Of a stretch of 64,000 nt of DNA, positions 39,597 to 49,772 are shown piece by piece. Every line of letters begins with the position of its first letter. Within the stretch, counting starts at the first letter, position 1. The notes beneath the pieces were generated by a model, which made no database searches, was not told the origin of the DNA, and worked only from the letters and a program-made list of their open reading frames with translations. The stretch spans positions 1,240,001-1,304,000 of the forward strand of contig NZ_CP134949.1 in assembly GCF_032116555.1 (NCBI RefSeq), given 5' to 3'. A program made the translations under genes and the position numbers. Source of the stretch: Halorarum halobium (GTDB lineage: Archaea; Halobacteriota; Halobacteria; Halobacteriales; Haloferacaceae).

Positions 39597-39674
39597 ACCG
39601 GCCACATAACTTCGGGTAATTAAAAGCGTTCGGTCGCCGTCGGTTCCGTCCGACCGGCCGGTCGCTCCGGGCGC

Positions 39675-40040
39675 TTACTCGTCGGTCTCGTCCTCGCCCT
39701 CGGTCTCGATGACCTCGATGACGTCGAGGGGGACGTCCCGGAGCGCGCCGCCGACCTCGCTCTTGGCGATGCGGCTCGCGTGCTCCTCGCCGTCGGCGTT
39801 GAAGATCTCGATCTCCAGCATCAGGCCGACGAGCGACGTGCTCGCGGCGATGAACGCCGAGTCGAACGGCTCGCCGCAGGCGGGACAGCCCGTCGCGCCG
39901 ACGTCGACCTCGACGTACTCCTTGTCCTGCTGGTTGAGACGCTTGCCCGCCTCGCTGACCGCCACGCCGATGGCGTCGTCGATGTCCTCCACGTCACGGA
40001 CCAACCATGCCGCTTCGAGGGCGACCAGGTAGTTGCTCAT
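39675..40040 (-). CDS. DUF555/UPF0212 family protein
   Basis: LEAAWLVRDV..DDAIGVAVSEAGKRLN, CPACG. Confidence 0.85.
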   Translation of the reverse strand: MSNYLVALEAAWLVRDVEDIDDAIGVAVSEAGKRLNQQDKEYVEVDVGATGCPACGEPFDSAFIAASTSLVGLMLEIEIFNADGEEHASRIAKSEVGGALRDVPLDVIEVIETEGEDETDE

Positions 40041-40381
40041 GGCCGTAGGAGGGGCGGCGGGGTTTCGACTCTTGTGGTTCGCTCGCCCCCGTGTGAGGCA
40101 CCGACAGGGCGGTTTCGGCGAACGCGGCCCGACCCGACACGTCGCCGCTCGCGGCGCGGACGCCGCGACGTGGGAACGCAGACCCCATCCCGGCGTTCCC
40201 CGTAAGTTACGCCGATAACGCGCGTTGGCGTCGGCGAAGCACCGGTTCGTTGGCCGGGCCGAGCGAAACTCACATGATCGACCGGGATGATCCGGACAAA
40301 TCGCAAGCGGGCGTCGAACTCAAACCCGATAGTCGAGGCGATACAGTTATATATGCAGCCGGGTTCCCATCCGGCCACGCA

Positions 40382-40564
40382 ATGACCGCGACCGACACGG
40401 CCCGGCGCGCCGGGCTGTTCACCCTACACCAGTTCACCGTCCTTACCGGGATCCTGCTGTTCCCGCTCGTGCTCGCCACGCGGCGGGCGGGCGTCAGGCT
40501 CGGCCTCGACCGCCTCGTCGCGCGGATCTCTCGCGCGTACAGCGAACAGCGCGACCGACGGTAG
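40382..40564 (+). CDS. small membrane-associated protein
   Basis: 60 aa with one hydrophobic helix. TTATATAT at 40347-40354, about 30 nt upstream. Confidence 0.65.
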   Translation: MTATDTARRAGLFTLHQFTVLTGILLFPLVLATRRAGVRLGLDRLVARISRAYSEQRDRR

Positions 40565-40644
40565 GCTGGGACGAACCGGACGAGCCGACCCCGCCGGTTC
40601 TGGAAGGAATGACTTTATCAGCGCCGACCGCCAACCGAGTGGTA

Positions 40645-41379
40645 ATGCGACCATCCGGCGATATGGCCGACCTCGACCCGCTCGGTGGCGACGAGACCGT
40701 CTTCGGTCCGGAACTCGGCGAGTTCCCGAACGCCGACCAGCGGGCCAAGGCTGCCGACACGGGTGAAGGGATGAAGACCGGCACGACGACCGTCGGCATC
40801 AGGACCGACGAGGGCGTCGTCCTCGCGACCGACATGCGCGCATCGCTCGGCCGCATGGTCTCCTCGAAGGACGTCCAGAAGGTCGAACAGATCCACCCGC
40901 GCGGCGCGCTCACCATCGCCGGGTCGGTCTCGGCCGCACAGAACCTCATCCAGACCCTGAAGGCCGAAACGAACCTCTACGAGGCGCGCCGGAGCAAGGA
41001 GATGAGCATGCGCGCGCTCTCGACGCTGACCGGGAACCTCCTGCGCTCTGGCGCCTTCTACGTCGTCCAGCCCATCCTCGGCGGCGTCGACGAGGAGGGC
41101 CCCCACGTCTACTCCATCGACCCGGCCGGCGGCATGACCGAGGAGGAGTACACCGTCACCGGCTCGGGCAGCCAGTACGCGCTCGGCGTGCTCGAACAGG
41201 AGTACAGCGACGACCTCACCGTCGGCGACGCGGAGGCCGTCGCGGCCCGCGCGATCAAGTCCGCCGTCGAGCGCGACCTGGCCTCGGGCAACGGCATCAA
41301 CGTCGCCGTCGTCACCGAGGACGGCGTCGAGATCTCCCGGCACAAGGACATCGACGCGCTGCTCGGCGCGGAAGCCTGA
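40645..41379 (+). CDS. psmB: 20S proteasome beta subunit
   Basis: Propeptide then KTG/TTTVG, DMRAS, GSGS, ERDLASGNG. TTTAT at 40614-40618. Confidence 0.97.
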   Translation: MRPSGDMADLDPLGGDETVFGPELGEFPNADQRAKAADTGEGMKTGTTTVGIRTDEGVVLATDMRASLGRMVSSKDVQKVEQIHPRGALTIAGSVSAAQNLIQTLKAETNLYEARRSKEMSMRALSTLTGNLLRSGAFYVVQPILGGVDEEGPHVYSIDPAGGMTEEEYTVTGSGSQYALGVLEQEYSDDLTVGDAEAVAARAIKSAVERDLASGNGINVAVVTEDGVEISRHKDIDALLGAEA

Positions 41380-41425
41380 TCGGGTAGCCGACCCACGACC
41401 CCGGGCCGCTTCGTTTCCGATCCGA

Positions 41426-42451
41426 TCAGAAGTCACCCAGCGTCGCCTGTCCCTTCCTGAGCGCCGTTGCCCGGAACCCCCTGCGCGTCAACTCGGTCGC
41501 CAGTTCGTCCGTCGAGCCGTGCATCGTGTACACCTCGTCCGGGTCCGCGACCTCGACGAGCGCGCACAGCTCCGGGAAGTCGCAGTGGTCCGACAGCGCG
41601 AACGTCGCGTCGTAGTTTCCGCGGTAGCGGAACGAGTCGTCGATCGCCCATCCGGAGAAGCCGGCAGCGAGCGCGCCCCGCTCGGTCCGCAGTCGCTCGG
41701 CGAGCGAGCGCGTGGCCCGCCCGCGCGGGAGGACGAGCGCGTCGCCGGGCCCCAGGCCCGCGGGGCTCGAACCCGCGGGGCCGGAACCCCCGGAAGCGGC
41801 GTCCGCGTCCCACACCGCCGCGTCGAACGTCGCGTCGACGTGTGGAGCCAGTGCGTCGGTGATCCGCGCGACGGACTCGGTGACGAACACCCGCTCGCGG
41901 TCGCTTTCGGCCGCGAGCACCTGCAGTTTCTGCGCGCGGCCGAGCGAGTAGCCGAACAGCAGGACGGGGCGGTCCATCGTGTCGGCCAGCCAGTCGTGGA
42001 TCTCGCGTTCCACCTCGGCCTGTGGCGGGAGGACGTACTCGGGGCTCCCGTACGTCGCCTCGACCACGAGTACGTCGACGTCCGGCGGATCGAAGCCGTC
42101 GAGGTAGAGCCGGTCCCGCGTCGAGACGTCGCCCGTGACGCAGTAGCGCGTCCCGTCCGGGTCGGTGATCACGGCCGCCCTGGAGCCGGCGACGTGACCG
42201 GCGTTCACGAGTCCGACGCGGGGGTCGTCCGTGCGTTCGACGTCCGCCGACGGGCGGCGCTCCCGCGCGATGTCGGCGGTCGCGGCCGAGCAGACGACGG
42301 GGCCCGGGTTCCCGCGGAACAGGTGGTCGCCGTGCGCGTGAGTCAGCACGTTCACGTCGCCGTCGGGCGAGCCGGCGTCGACGACGACGCTCGTCCCGTC
42401 CGAGAGGTCGACGTGGACGCCGTCGTGCAGCGAGACGCCGGTGTCGGTCAC
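41426..42451 (-). CDS. MBL/beta-CASP-type nuclease
   Basis: LTHAHGDH, NAGHVAGS, TGD, VEATYG, YSLGRAQ, LSDHCDF, TMHG. Probable GTG start at 42451. Confidence 0.88.
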   Translation of the reverse strand: MTDTGVSLHDGVHVDLSDGTSVVVDAGSPDGDVNVLTHAHGDHLFRGNPGPVVCSAATADIARERRPSADVERTDDPRVGLVNAGHVAGSRAAVITDPDGTRYCVTGDVSTRDRLYLDGFDPPDVDVLVVEATYGSPEYVLPPQAEVEREIHDWLADTMDRPVLLFGYSLGRAQKLQVLAAESDRERVFVTESVARITDALAPHVDATFDAAVWDADAASGGSGPAGSSPAGLGPGDALVLPRGRATRSLAERLRTERGALAAGFSGWAIDDSFRYRGNYDATFALSDHCDFPELCALVEVADPDEVYTMHGSTDELATELTRRGFRATALRKGQATLGDF

Positions 42452-42595
42452 GCCTGGGGGGAGGGGGCCGACCGACAAGACGCTTCTCCGCGGGACGGAA
42501 GTGGACGTGAGTTCGCGGTCGCGCAGTCGCAGTTCACGGTCGCACCGCGGTCGTCCGCCGTCGCGCCGCGCGGGAAGTCCGGGTCGAACGCTTGG

Positions 42596-44143
42596 CTACC
42601 AGTCGGCAAAGCAGCCGTCCAGCAGCGTCTCGGACTGGCGGGCGACGTACTCGCGCTGCATCCCTCCGATTGCGTCCGCGAGCGGGAGTCCCTCGTCCAG
42701 CCGGTCGCGGACCCGTCGGCGCTTCCAGCCGGCCGGCGTCACGCCCGCCTCGGCCCGGTGTCGAAGCGGGGCGAGGTAGCGCTTGGCGGTCTCCTCGTCG
42801 CAGCCGGCGTCCTCCAGCCCCGCCTCGGCGTGCGAGAGGACGTCCTCGAACGCGCGCTCGCTGCTCGTCGTCTCCGCGCCGTCGGTCGTCAGCCACGTCA
42901 GGTCCGCGTCGATGCCGTCCTCGACGGCCGCGTAGAAGTTCGACTCGGCGACGTCCCAGTCGAGGTCGGCGACGGGGTGGCGGCGGCGCGGCAGGCTCTC
43001 CATCAGGCCGGCGAACGCCGCGAGGAACGCGACCGAGTCCCTGACGGTGGGCTGGGCCGGCAGCGGTCGGAACTCGATCCGTGCGTTCGCGGCAGAGCGG
43101 GTCGGGCCGTCGAACACCGGCCGGACCCAGCGCCAGAACGTGCCGTGTTTGCGCCGCAGCGTGGCGAACGCGTCGTCGAAGCGGTCGCCGTCCCCGGTCG
43201 GCATCGGGACGACCGTCTCGTCGGCGGCGATGCGGTCGACCGCCTCCGAGACCGTCTCGAGGTCGTCGGGGAACCGCACCTTGTCCTCGCTCACGCCCCG
43301 GTTGAGCACCGACTCGAACACCGGAACCCGGTTCTCGTGCCAGCCGTCGGCGACGATCTCCTCGGCGGTCGCGTCCGACTCGTAGAGGTCCGGCGGGAAG
43401 AACGGGGAGTTGACGCCGAGCGCGAGCAGCGGCCCGGCGATCCGCAGGCCCAGGTTGTGGTACGTCGGCACGTCGACGGCCGTCGGCACCTGGTAGTGGG
43501 GCTGGATCGACGTGATCAGGCTCTCCGGCATCACGGTGTCGGCGATCAGGTCGACGTGCGGGGCCTCGACCCGGAACGAGTCGGCGGCCGAGGGGCCGTT
43601 CGCCATCGCGTGGTACCGGACGGCGTCGCTCATGTTCGTGGCGACGCGGACGCCGTCGTCGAGGATAGAGTCGGTGAGGTACGCCCGGGCCGTCTCGCCC
43701 GCGGGCGGGATGGTCCAGAGCCCGTCGCTCACGAGCCGCATCCCCTCGGACGCGGTCGTTTCGAGCGCGGCCGACAGCCTGGCGCGAACCTCGGCGGTCT
43801 GGGCGCGCAGCCCGTTCGGGTTCAGCGGCTGCGGGCTCGTCGTCATCTCGGCGTTGTGGAAGCCGAGCTCCTTCTCGAAGCCGATCAGGTCGAGCAGCCG
43901 CCTGGGCACCCGGCAGAGCGCGTACGCCTGCTCGTCGGCCGCGTCGCCGCGCCAGCGCCCTTCCGAGACGGCGTAGAACTCGTACTCGAGGCCGACGATC
44001 GACTGGTGGTTGTCGAACGCGCCCTCCCCGATGAGCGCTTTCACCGTCTCGGCGTCGACGGCGGCCCGGTGGCTGAACTCCTCGGCGTCCACGTCGAGTA
44101 CGTCCCCGACGCGCCCTGCGAAGTCGGCGTCCCCGTCTGCCAT
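42596..44143 (-). CDS. glutamate--cysteine ligase (GCS2)-like carboxylate-amine ligase
   Basis: VGLEYEF, KELGFHNAE, SIQPHYQV, LALGVNSPF, RIEFRPLPAQPT. Confidence 0.75.
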   Translation of the reverse strand: MADGDADFAGRVGDVLDVDAEEFSHRAAVDAETVKALIGEGAFDNHQSIVGLEYEFYAVSEGRWRGDAADEQAYALCRVPRRLLDLIGFEKELGFHNAEMTTSPQPLNPNGLRAQTAEVRARLSAALETTASEGMRLVSDGLWTIPPAGETARAYLTDSILDDGVRVATNMSDAVRYHAMANGPSAADSFRVEAPHVDLIADTVMPESLITSIQPHYQVPTAVDVPTYHNLGLRIAGPLLALGVNSPFFPPDLYESDATAEEIVADGWHENRVPVFESVLNRGVSEDKVRFPDDLETVSEAVDRIAADETVVPMPTGDGDRFDDAFATLRRKHGTFWRWVRPVFDGPTRSAANARIEFRPLPAQPTVRDSVAFLAAFAGLMESLPRRRHPVADLDWDVAESNFYAAVEDGIDADLTWLTTDGAETTSSERAFEDVLSHAEAGLEDAGCDEETAKRYLAPLRHRAEAGVTPAGWKRRRVRDRLDEGLPLADAIGGMQREYVARQSETLLDGCFADW

Positions 44144-44240
44144 GGGCTGGGGTGGGCTCGCGTTCCCCTTGAACGCGTCGGGCGAATCGCGGTCGCCGCA
44201 GGTGAGAAGCGTTATGGTCGGCTCCGAGAGAGGTGGACCG

Positions 44241-44708
44241 ATGCGATCGGTCGGACTCGTCCAGGCGATCCCGAACGAACCGCTCGAACCGGCCGCAGCC
44301 GGGAGCGTCGACGACACGGAGTTCTTCCGGCTGAAGCGCGAGTTCGCACGCACTAGCTACGACGACTGGCTCGTCCTCGCTGCCGACGCGGGCGTCCTCG
44401 GCCCGGCCGAGACGGTGACGCCGGACGGGACGACGATCGAGGGGATGGAGCCGGCGGCCCGGGCCCGGTGGGCGATGGACGTGGTCGGCGACGTCGCGGC
44501 GATCGTCCGCGAGCAGGAGTACGAGGAGGTGGCGGTCCTGGCGAGCCGAGCGATGCGGACCACGCTGAACGAGCGCGGCGGGTTCCGGACCCGGATCGGC
44601 TCGGCGGGCGCGAGCACGAGCGAGCCGCTGGCGGGCTTTGGCGGGGCCGAGCGGCAACAGCAGTGGCTGACCGAACAGCTCGAGATCAGGCGACGGGACC
44701 GCTCGTGA
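44241..44708 (+). CDS. hypothetical protein, divergent DUF6884-like
   Basis: MRSVGLV...FFRLKREFA..YDDWLVLAA..GVLGP...WA..V...G...QQQWL resembles the recalled DUF6884 pattern. Confidence 0.6.
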   Translation: MRSVGLVQAIPNEPLEPAAAGSVDDTEFFRLKREFARTSYDDWLVLAADAGVLGPAETVTPDGTTIEGMEPAARARWAMDVVGDVAAIVREQEYEEVAVLASRAMRTTLNERGGFRTRIGSAGASTSEPLAGFGGAERQQQWLTEQLEIRRRDRS

Positions 44709-44753
44709 GCGCCGAGTCGGCGGATTTATTCGCCGCCACCGGCCAGCGTCGGT

Positions 44754-46535
44754 ATGGACTTTGCGGCATTCGCGGAGCGGGCTGACGGGATCGAGGCCGA
44801 GGAGGCAGACCTCGGCACCGTCGGCCTCGTCGCCGACGCCCTCGCCGACGCGGACGCCGACCTGCCGGTCGTCGCGCGCTTCCTCCAGGGCAGGCTGTTT
44901 CCGGGCTGGGATACCCGGAAGCTCGCGGTCGGCCCGTCGCTGTGTTACGAGGCGATCGCCCGCGCCGCCGGCACGAACGTCACGGCCGACGACGTCGAGG
45001 ACAGGCTGGCCGAGACGGGCGAGATCGGCGCGGTCGCCGCGAGCTACGAGTTCGGCGGCCAGACCGGCCTCGCAGCGTTCGGTGGCGGCGACGATGCCCG
45101 CGGGAGCAGTGCTGAGGAAGGCGGCGACGACGCCGACCGATCCGGCGACGGGAGAGGCGGGTCCCCCTCGGGAACCGATCTCACCGTCCGCGAGGTGGAC
45201 GAGTCGTTTGAGCGGGTCGCCGCGGCAGAGGGCGTGGGGAGCGAGGACGTCCGCAGGGACACGCTGTTCGGCATGTTCAATCGCGCCTCCCCCGCGGAGG
45301 CGAAGTACCTCGCGCGGCTCGTCCTCGGCGAGATGCGGATCGGGGTGGGCGGGGGCACCGTCCGGGACGCCATCGCGGAGACGTTCCTCGACGCGAACGT
45401 GACGAGGCCGGTCGAGGAGCGCGAGGAGGACGACGGGACGGCCGAACTGGTCGCCGCCGTCGAGTCGGCACTGCAGGTGACGAACGACTACGGCCGCGTC
45501 GCTGAACTGGCACGGTCGGAGGGACTCGCGGGTCTCCACGACGTTTCGCTGGAGGTCGGCCGACCGGTTCGCGCGATGCTGGCACGGGCCGGGACGGTCA
45601 CCGACGCGCTCGCGGAGTGGGACCGGGCCGCCGTCGAGACGAAGTACGACGGCGCACGCGTCCAGATCCACCACGACGGCGATTCGACCGCCGTGTACTC
45701 GCGGAACATGGAGGACGTGACCGACGCGCTCCCGGAACTGGTCGAACACGCCGAGGAGCACCTCGACGCCCCGGCGATCGTCGACGGCGAGGCGGTCGCG
45801 GTGGGCGAGGACGGCGAGCCGCTCCCGTTCCAGGAGATCCTCCGCCGCTTCCGCCGCAAGTACGACGTCGACCGGCTCCGCGAGGAGGTGTCCGTGGAGC
45901 TCCGGGCGTTCGACTGTCTCCACGCCGACGGGACGGACCTGCTGGACGCGCCGCTGACGGAACGTCACGAGCGGCTCTCCGAGGTGCTGGACGCCGGCGT
46001 CTCGGAGCTACTCGTCTCGGCGGCCCCCGACGAGATCGAGTCCCACGAGGCGGACGCGTTGACCGCGGGCCACGAGGGGATCATGCTGAAGAACCCGGAC
46101 TCGACGTACTCGCCCGGCAAGCGCGGGAAGCACTGGCTCAAGCGCAAGCCGGACGTGGAGACGCTGGACCTGGTCGTCACCGGGGCCGAGTGGGGGGAAG
46201 GGCGCCGGGCGGAACTGCTGGGGACGTTCCTCCTCTCGGCCCGGAACGGCGAGGCGTACGAGACCATCGGGAAGGTCGCCACGGGCATCACGGACGAGCA
46301 ACTCGTCGAGTTGACCGACCTGCTGGAACCGCACGTCGTCGACGAATCGGGGACCGACGTGGACCTCAGACCCGAGGTCGTGTTCGAGGTCGGCTACGAG
46401 GAGATCCAGGCGTCGCCGACGTACTCCTCGGGCTACGCGCTCCGCTTCCCGCGGTTCGTCGCGGTCCGCGAGGACAAGGAGCCGCCGGCGGCCGACTCGC
46501 TGGAGCGGGTCGAACGGCTCGCGGACGAACAGTAG
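44754..46535 (+). CDS. ligA: ATP-dependent DNA ligase
   Basis: Motif I ETKYDG.RVQIH, IVDGE, AFDCL, EGIMLK, WLKRK, LRFPRF. TTTATT at 44725-44730. Confidence 0.97.
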   Translation: MDFAAFAERADGIEAEEADLGTVGLVADALADADADLPVVARFLQGRLFPGWDTRKLAVGPSLCYEAIARAAGTNVTADDVEDRLAETGEIGAVAASYEFGGQTGLAAFGGGDDARGSSAEEGGDDADRSGDGRGGSPSGTDLTVREVDESFERVAAAEGVGSEDVRRDTLFGMFNRASPAEAKYLARLVLGEMRIGVGGGTVRDAIAETFLDANVTRPVEEREEDDGTAELVAAVESALQVTNDYGRVAELARSEGLAGLHDVSLEVGRPVRAMLARAGTVTDALAEWDRAAVETKYDGARVQIHHDGDSTAVYSRNMEDVTDALPELVEHAEEHLDAPAIVDGEAVAVGEDGEPLPFQEILRRFRRKYDVDRLREEVSVELRAFDCLHADGTDLLDAPLTERHERLSEVLDAGVSELLVSAAPDEIESHEADALTAGHEGIMLKNPDSTYSPGKRGKHWLKRKPDVETLDLVVTGAEWGEGRRAELLGTFLLSARNGEAYETIGKVATGITDEQLVELTDLLEPHVVDESGTDVDLRPEVVFEVGYEEIQASPTYSSGYALRFPRFVAVREDKEPPAADSLERVERLADEQ

Positions 46536-46620
46536 TTCACCGCCCGTGGTCCACGGCACGGACGGCGGGACGCTCGATCCGGACGGCAAGAATCTTCACC
46601 CGACCGGACCGAGCGAACCC

Positions 46621-46821
46621 ATGGACGTTCGCGCCGTCGCCGAGCATCCGATGGCCGCGCTGTTCTCGCTGGCGTTCGTCGTCGCGCTCGCCGCGACGGT
46701 CGCCGCCGCCGTTTCGGGCGGCTCGCAGGTCACGACGCTCAGACTCGCGGCGCTCACGACGGTCCTTCTCGCGTTCTCGGTCGGCTTCGCCGCCGAACCG
46801 CTCGGCGAGCGATACCTATAG
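46621..46821 (+). CDS. small two-TM membrane protein
   Basis: MDVRAVAEHP followed by two hydrophobic helices. Confidence 0.65.
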   Translation: MDVRAVAEHPMAALFSLAFVVALAATVAAAVSGGSQVTTLRLAALTTVLLAFSVGFAAEPLGERYL

Positions 46822-46846
46822 ACGGCGGCCGGTCGAACCGGGTGGT

Positions 46847-47620
46847 ATGACGGTCAGACACGACGACCTCCGGGTGACGTGGTACGGCTACGCGACGGCG
46901 CGACTGGAGGCGACCGACGGCACGGTCGCCTACGTCGACCCCGGCCGCTACGGCGTGCTGACGGGCGAGTGGACTCCGCCCGGCGGCGGCAACCCGCGCG
47001 AGGCGGCACATCCCCGCGCGACCGACCACCGGCCGACCGACGCGGACCTCGTGCTCGTCACCCATGGCCACCACTACGACCCCGACGGCATCGAGCGCGT
47101 CGCCGCGGACGACGCGACCGTCGTCGCCTTCGAGGGCATCGACGCCGGCGACGTCGACAGGGACGTGAAGCCCGTCGACGAACTCCCGTTCGACGTGGTC
47201 CGGATCGGCGAGGCCGACCACGTCGCGGTCGACGGCGTCGGCGACGTCTGGTCCCTCCCGGCGTACAACGATCCAGACGGTCCCCACACGCAGGACGACG
47301 GCTCGGTGCTCCACCCCCGCGGGACCGGCGTCGGCTACCGGTTCACCCTCGGATCGGCGGGCACCTCGGTGTTCTGGCCCGGCGACTCCGACGCGCTGGA
47401 CGCGTTCGCCGAACTCGACGTCTCGCTGTTTCTGGCCAACGTCTCGGGCACGGTCTGTATGAGCGCTCCTGAGGCGGCTGACCTGGCCGAGCGAATGGAC
47501 CCGGACCTGGTCGTTCCCATCCACTACAACACCCAGTCGTTCCTCGAGGCGGACTCGGCCGCGTTCGCGGCCGACGTGGCGGGGCGGTCGGTTCCGGTCG
47601 CGCTCGACGAGTCGTCGTAG
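46847..47620 (+). CDS. MBL-fold metallo-hydrolase (UPF0173-like)
   Basis: VTWYGYA, YVDPG, LVTHGHHYD, PGDSD, VVPIHY. Confidence 0.88.
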   Translation: MTVRHDDLRVTWYGYATARLEATDGTVAYVDPGRYGVLTGEWTPPGGGNPREAAHPRATDHRPTDADLVLVTHGHHYDPDGIERVAADDATVVAFEGIDAGDVDRDVKPVDELPFDVVRIGEADHVAVDGVGDVWSLPAYNDPDGPHTQDDGSVLHPRGTGVGYRFTLGSAGTSVFWPGDSDALDAFAELDVSLFLANVSGTVCMSAPEAADLAERMDPDLVVPIHYNTQSFLEADSAAFAADVAGRSVPVALDESS

Positions 47621-47695
47621 CCGAACGGACCGCGTAGCCACCAGTTGGTTGTCGGACGCGCAAGGGCTTTCCTCGTTCCCCGTCTCCCACCTGCC

Positions 47696-48652
47696 GTGGT
47701 CTCCCCCGCCCACGCCCCCCGGTTCTGTCCCGACTGCGGGACGCCGCCGAACGCGGCCGACCGCTTTTGTGCACAGTGTGGCCGCCACCTTCGACTCGAC
47801 GATCCGACGGCCGCTTCCGCCGACGCCGACCCGGACGACATCGCCTGGCTCCGCAGGCGGGTCGAGGACTTCAGGGTCCGCGGCTGGGCGGTCGAACACG
47901 ACCACGGCGACCGCGTCGTGCTGGTCGACAGGGGGTTCGGCTCGCTTCCGGTCCACCTCGTGTTGCTCGTGCTGACCGGCGGGTTCGGGAACCTGCTGTA
48001 CGCCTGGTACCGCCGCACCTCCGGCGCGCCGCGTCGGGAGGTCCGCGCGGACGGAACCGAGCGCTCCTACTCCCACGACGCCGGACTCGGCGTGGACCCC
48101 TGGACGGCGGCGGGTGCCACCCTGGGGTTCCTGCTCGTGGTCGCGGCCGCGGTCACGTTCGCCGCGGGGGCCGCCTCGGTCACGTCCGGCCCGCTCACGC
48201 TGCTCTCGGGCGGGCTGTTCCTCGCCGTCGCGTTCGCCGTGACGCTCTTCCCGCTGGCCGCCCGGCAGGGCGACGTCCCGCGCTCGACCCACGGCCGGAA
48301 GCGGACGGTCACCACCGACCGCGTCCGGAACCCGCCCGAGCGCTGTGCCGCGTGTGGCGGTCGGGTCCGCTCGGGCGTCCGCCGCGGCTACGCCGACCGG
48401 TGGTATCTCGCGGGCCTCCCGCTCCGGACGTACGAGGAGGGGGAGAACGTCTACTGTCGGCACTGCTTCGAGGGCAGTGAGGGGCCGTCCCGGGACGGGA
48501 CGTCGATGGAGGGGGAACCGGCGTCGGCCGATGCGGAATCGGCCGATGGGGAACCGGAATCGGTGGGCGGGACCCCGACGCCGGCGGACGGGAACGCGAC
48601 GCGTGCCGACGCGGGGGCGGCCCGGCCGACCGAGACGGAACGGGAGCCCTGA
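47696..48652 (+). CDS. zinc-ribbon membrane protein
   Basis: N-terminal CPDCG..FCAQCG, TM helices, C-terminal CAAC...YCRHC. Start uncertain. Confidence 0.75.
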   Translation: MVSPAHAPRFCPDCGTPPNAADRFCAQCGRHLRLDDPTAASADADPDDIAWLRRRVEDFRVRGWAVEHDHGDRVVLVDRGFGSLPVHLVLLVLTGGFGNLLYAWYRRTSGAPRREVRADGTERSYSHDAGLGVDPWTAAGATLGFLLVVAAAVTFAAGAASVTSGPLTLLSGGLFLAVAFAVTLFPLAARQGDVPRSTHGRKRTVTTDRVRNPPERCAACGGRVRSGVRRGYADRWYLAGLPLRTYEEGENVYCRHCFEGSEGPSRDGTSMEGEPASADAESADGEPESVGGTPTPADGNATRADAGAARPTETEREP

Positions 48653-49771
48653 TCAGATGACGCCCATCTCATCGAGCCGCTCGGGGAGGTAGGTGTCGGT
48701 CACGAAGTCGAGCCCCTGCGCGGCGAGCGCCTGCTGTTCGGCCTTCTTGTCGATGTCGAGCTGGAGCTCGATCTGTTCCTCCCAGAAGTCGGTCTGGAAG
48801 CGCGGGTCCTCCAGTTCCGACTCGAGGGCGTTGACGTCGGAGTCCGAGAGCGGGTCGGTCGGCAGGTCGTAGTCGACGATGTCCTGCGGGCGGATGCCGA
48901 CGTACTCGGCCTCGGGCGTGGCGAGATACTCCGAGAGGTGTGCCGACTTGATCGAGCCGTACGCGACGGAGCCGAAGATGCGGTAGGACCACGGGTCGCC
49001 GTCACAGAACACGACGACCGGGGCACCGAGTTCGTCGTGGAGGCGCTTCGTGATGCGCCGGGTCGCGCGCGCCGGCTGTCCCCCCAGGTGGACGACGAGA
49101 CAGTCGTACTCGTCGTCGAACCCGTTCTCGACGAGCCGGTCGCGCATGCCGCCGGTCTCGACGCACATGACGAAGTCGACGTCGTGATCGAGGAACTCGA
49201 TCGTGTCCGGGTTGTTGGGGATCTGGTAGCCCCCCTGCCCGACGTCGTCCTGACAGTGGATCTCGCGGTCGCCCCGCCGGGTCTGCTCGCGGAGGCGGAG
49301 CGGGCCCATCAGCTTCGCGCCCGACTCCTCCGGGCGCATGTGGAAGTCCTCGCGGGTGACTTCCGAGACGATCTCCAGGTCCTCGACGAGCTGGTTCGAC
49401 TCGTCCTGGCTGGTGAACTGCGCCTCCTCGGAGTCCCACGACTCGCTGAGGTAGTACAGCTCACGCAGGGTGGACGAGCGGTCCTCCTCGAGCTGCTGGT
49501 CGAGGAAGTCGACCGTGTAGATCGCTCGGAGGAGCTTGCGGGCCCCGCGGACCGAGTTGGCGGTCCGCGAGGAGGTGCGGTCGCCGTACACCCAGACGTC
49601 GCTCTCCTCGTCGAAGACGATGTTGCTCTTGGTCCTGGTCGGCAGCGTCATCCGGGGGACGTCGCCGCCCTCGAACTGGTCGTAGAACTGTGCGGCGAGC
49701 TCCACGAGCTGTTCGCGGGCCCGCTCCTCGTTCAGCCGTGCGTTCGTCTCGGAATCCGAATCAGTGCTCAT
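48653..49771 (-). CDS. top6A: DNA topoisomerase VI subunit A
   Basis: STLRELYY (catalytic Tyr), [28 protein letters not shown]. Confidence 0.97.
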   Translation of the reverse strand: MSTDSDSETNARLNEERAREQLVELAAQFYDQFEGGDVPRMTLPTRTKSNIVFDEESDVWVYGDRTSSRTANSVRGARKLLRAIYTVDFLDQQLEEDRSSTLRELYYLSESWDSEEAQFTSQDESNQLVEDLEIVSEVTREDFHMRPEESGAKLMGPLRLREQTRRGDREIHCQDDVGQGGYQIPNNPDTIEFLDHDVDFVMCVETGGMRDRLVENGFDDEYDCLVVHLGGQPARATRRITKRLHDELGAPVVVFCDGDPWSYRIFGSVAYGSIKSAHLSEYLATPEAEYVGIRPQDIVDYDLPTDPLSDSDVNALESELEDPRFQTDFWEEQIELQLDIDKKAEQQALAAQGLDFVTDTYLPERLDEMGVI

Positions 49772-49772
49772 G

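Noticed and set aside
40040..40380. GC-rich intergenic stretch with short hairpins, considered as tRNA or ncRNA
   Set aside because: No cloverleaf or properly placed T-loop, and no second copy to support a structure.
41519..45968. Very long alternative-frame ORFs (945 aa, 1144 aa and many similar ones across the window)
   Set aside because: They are Arg/Gly/Pro-rich or antisense shadows of well-supported genes, expected in high-GC DNA with few stop codons, and they show no recognisable motifs.
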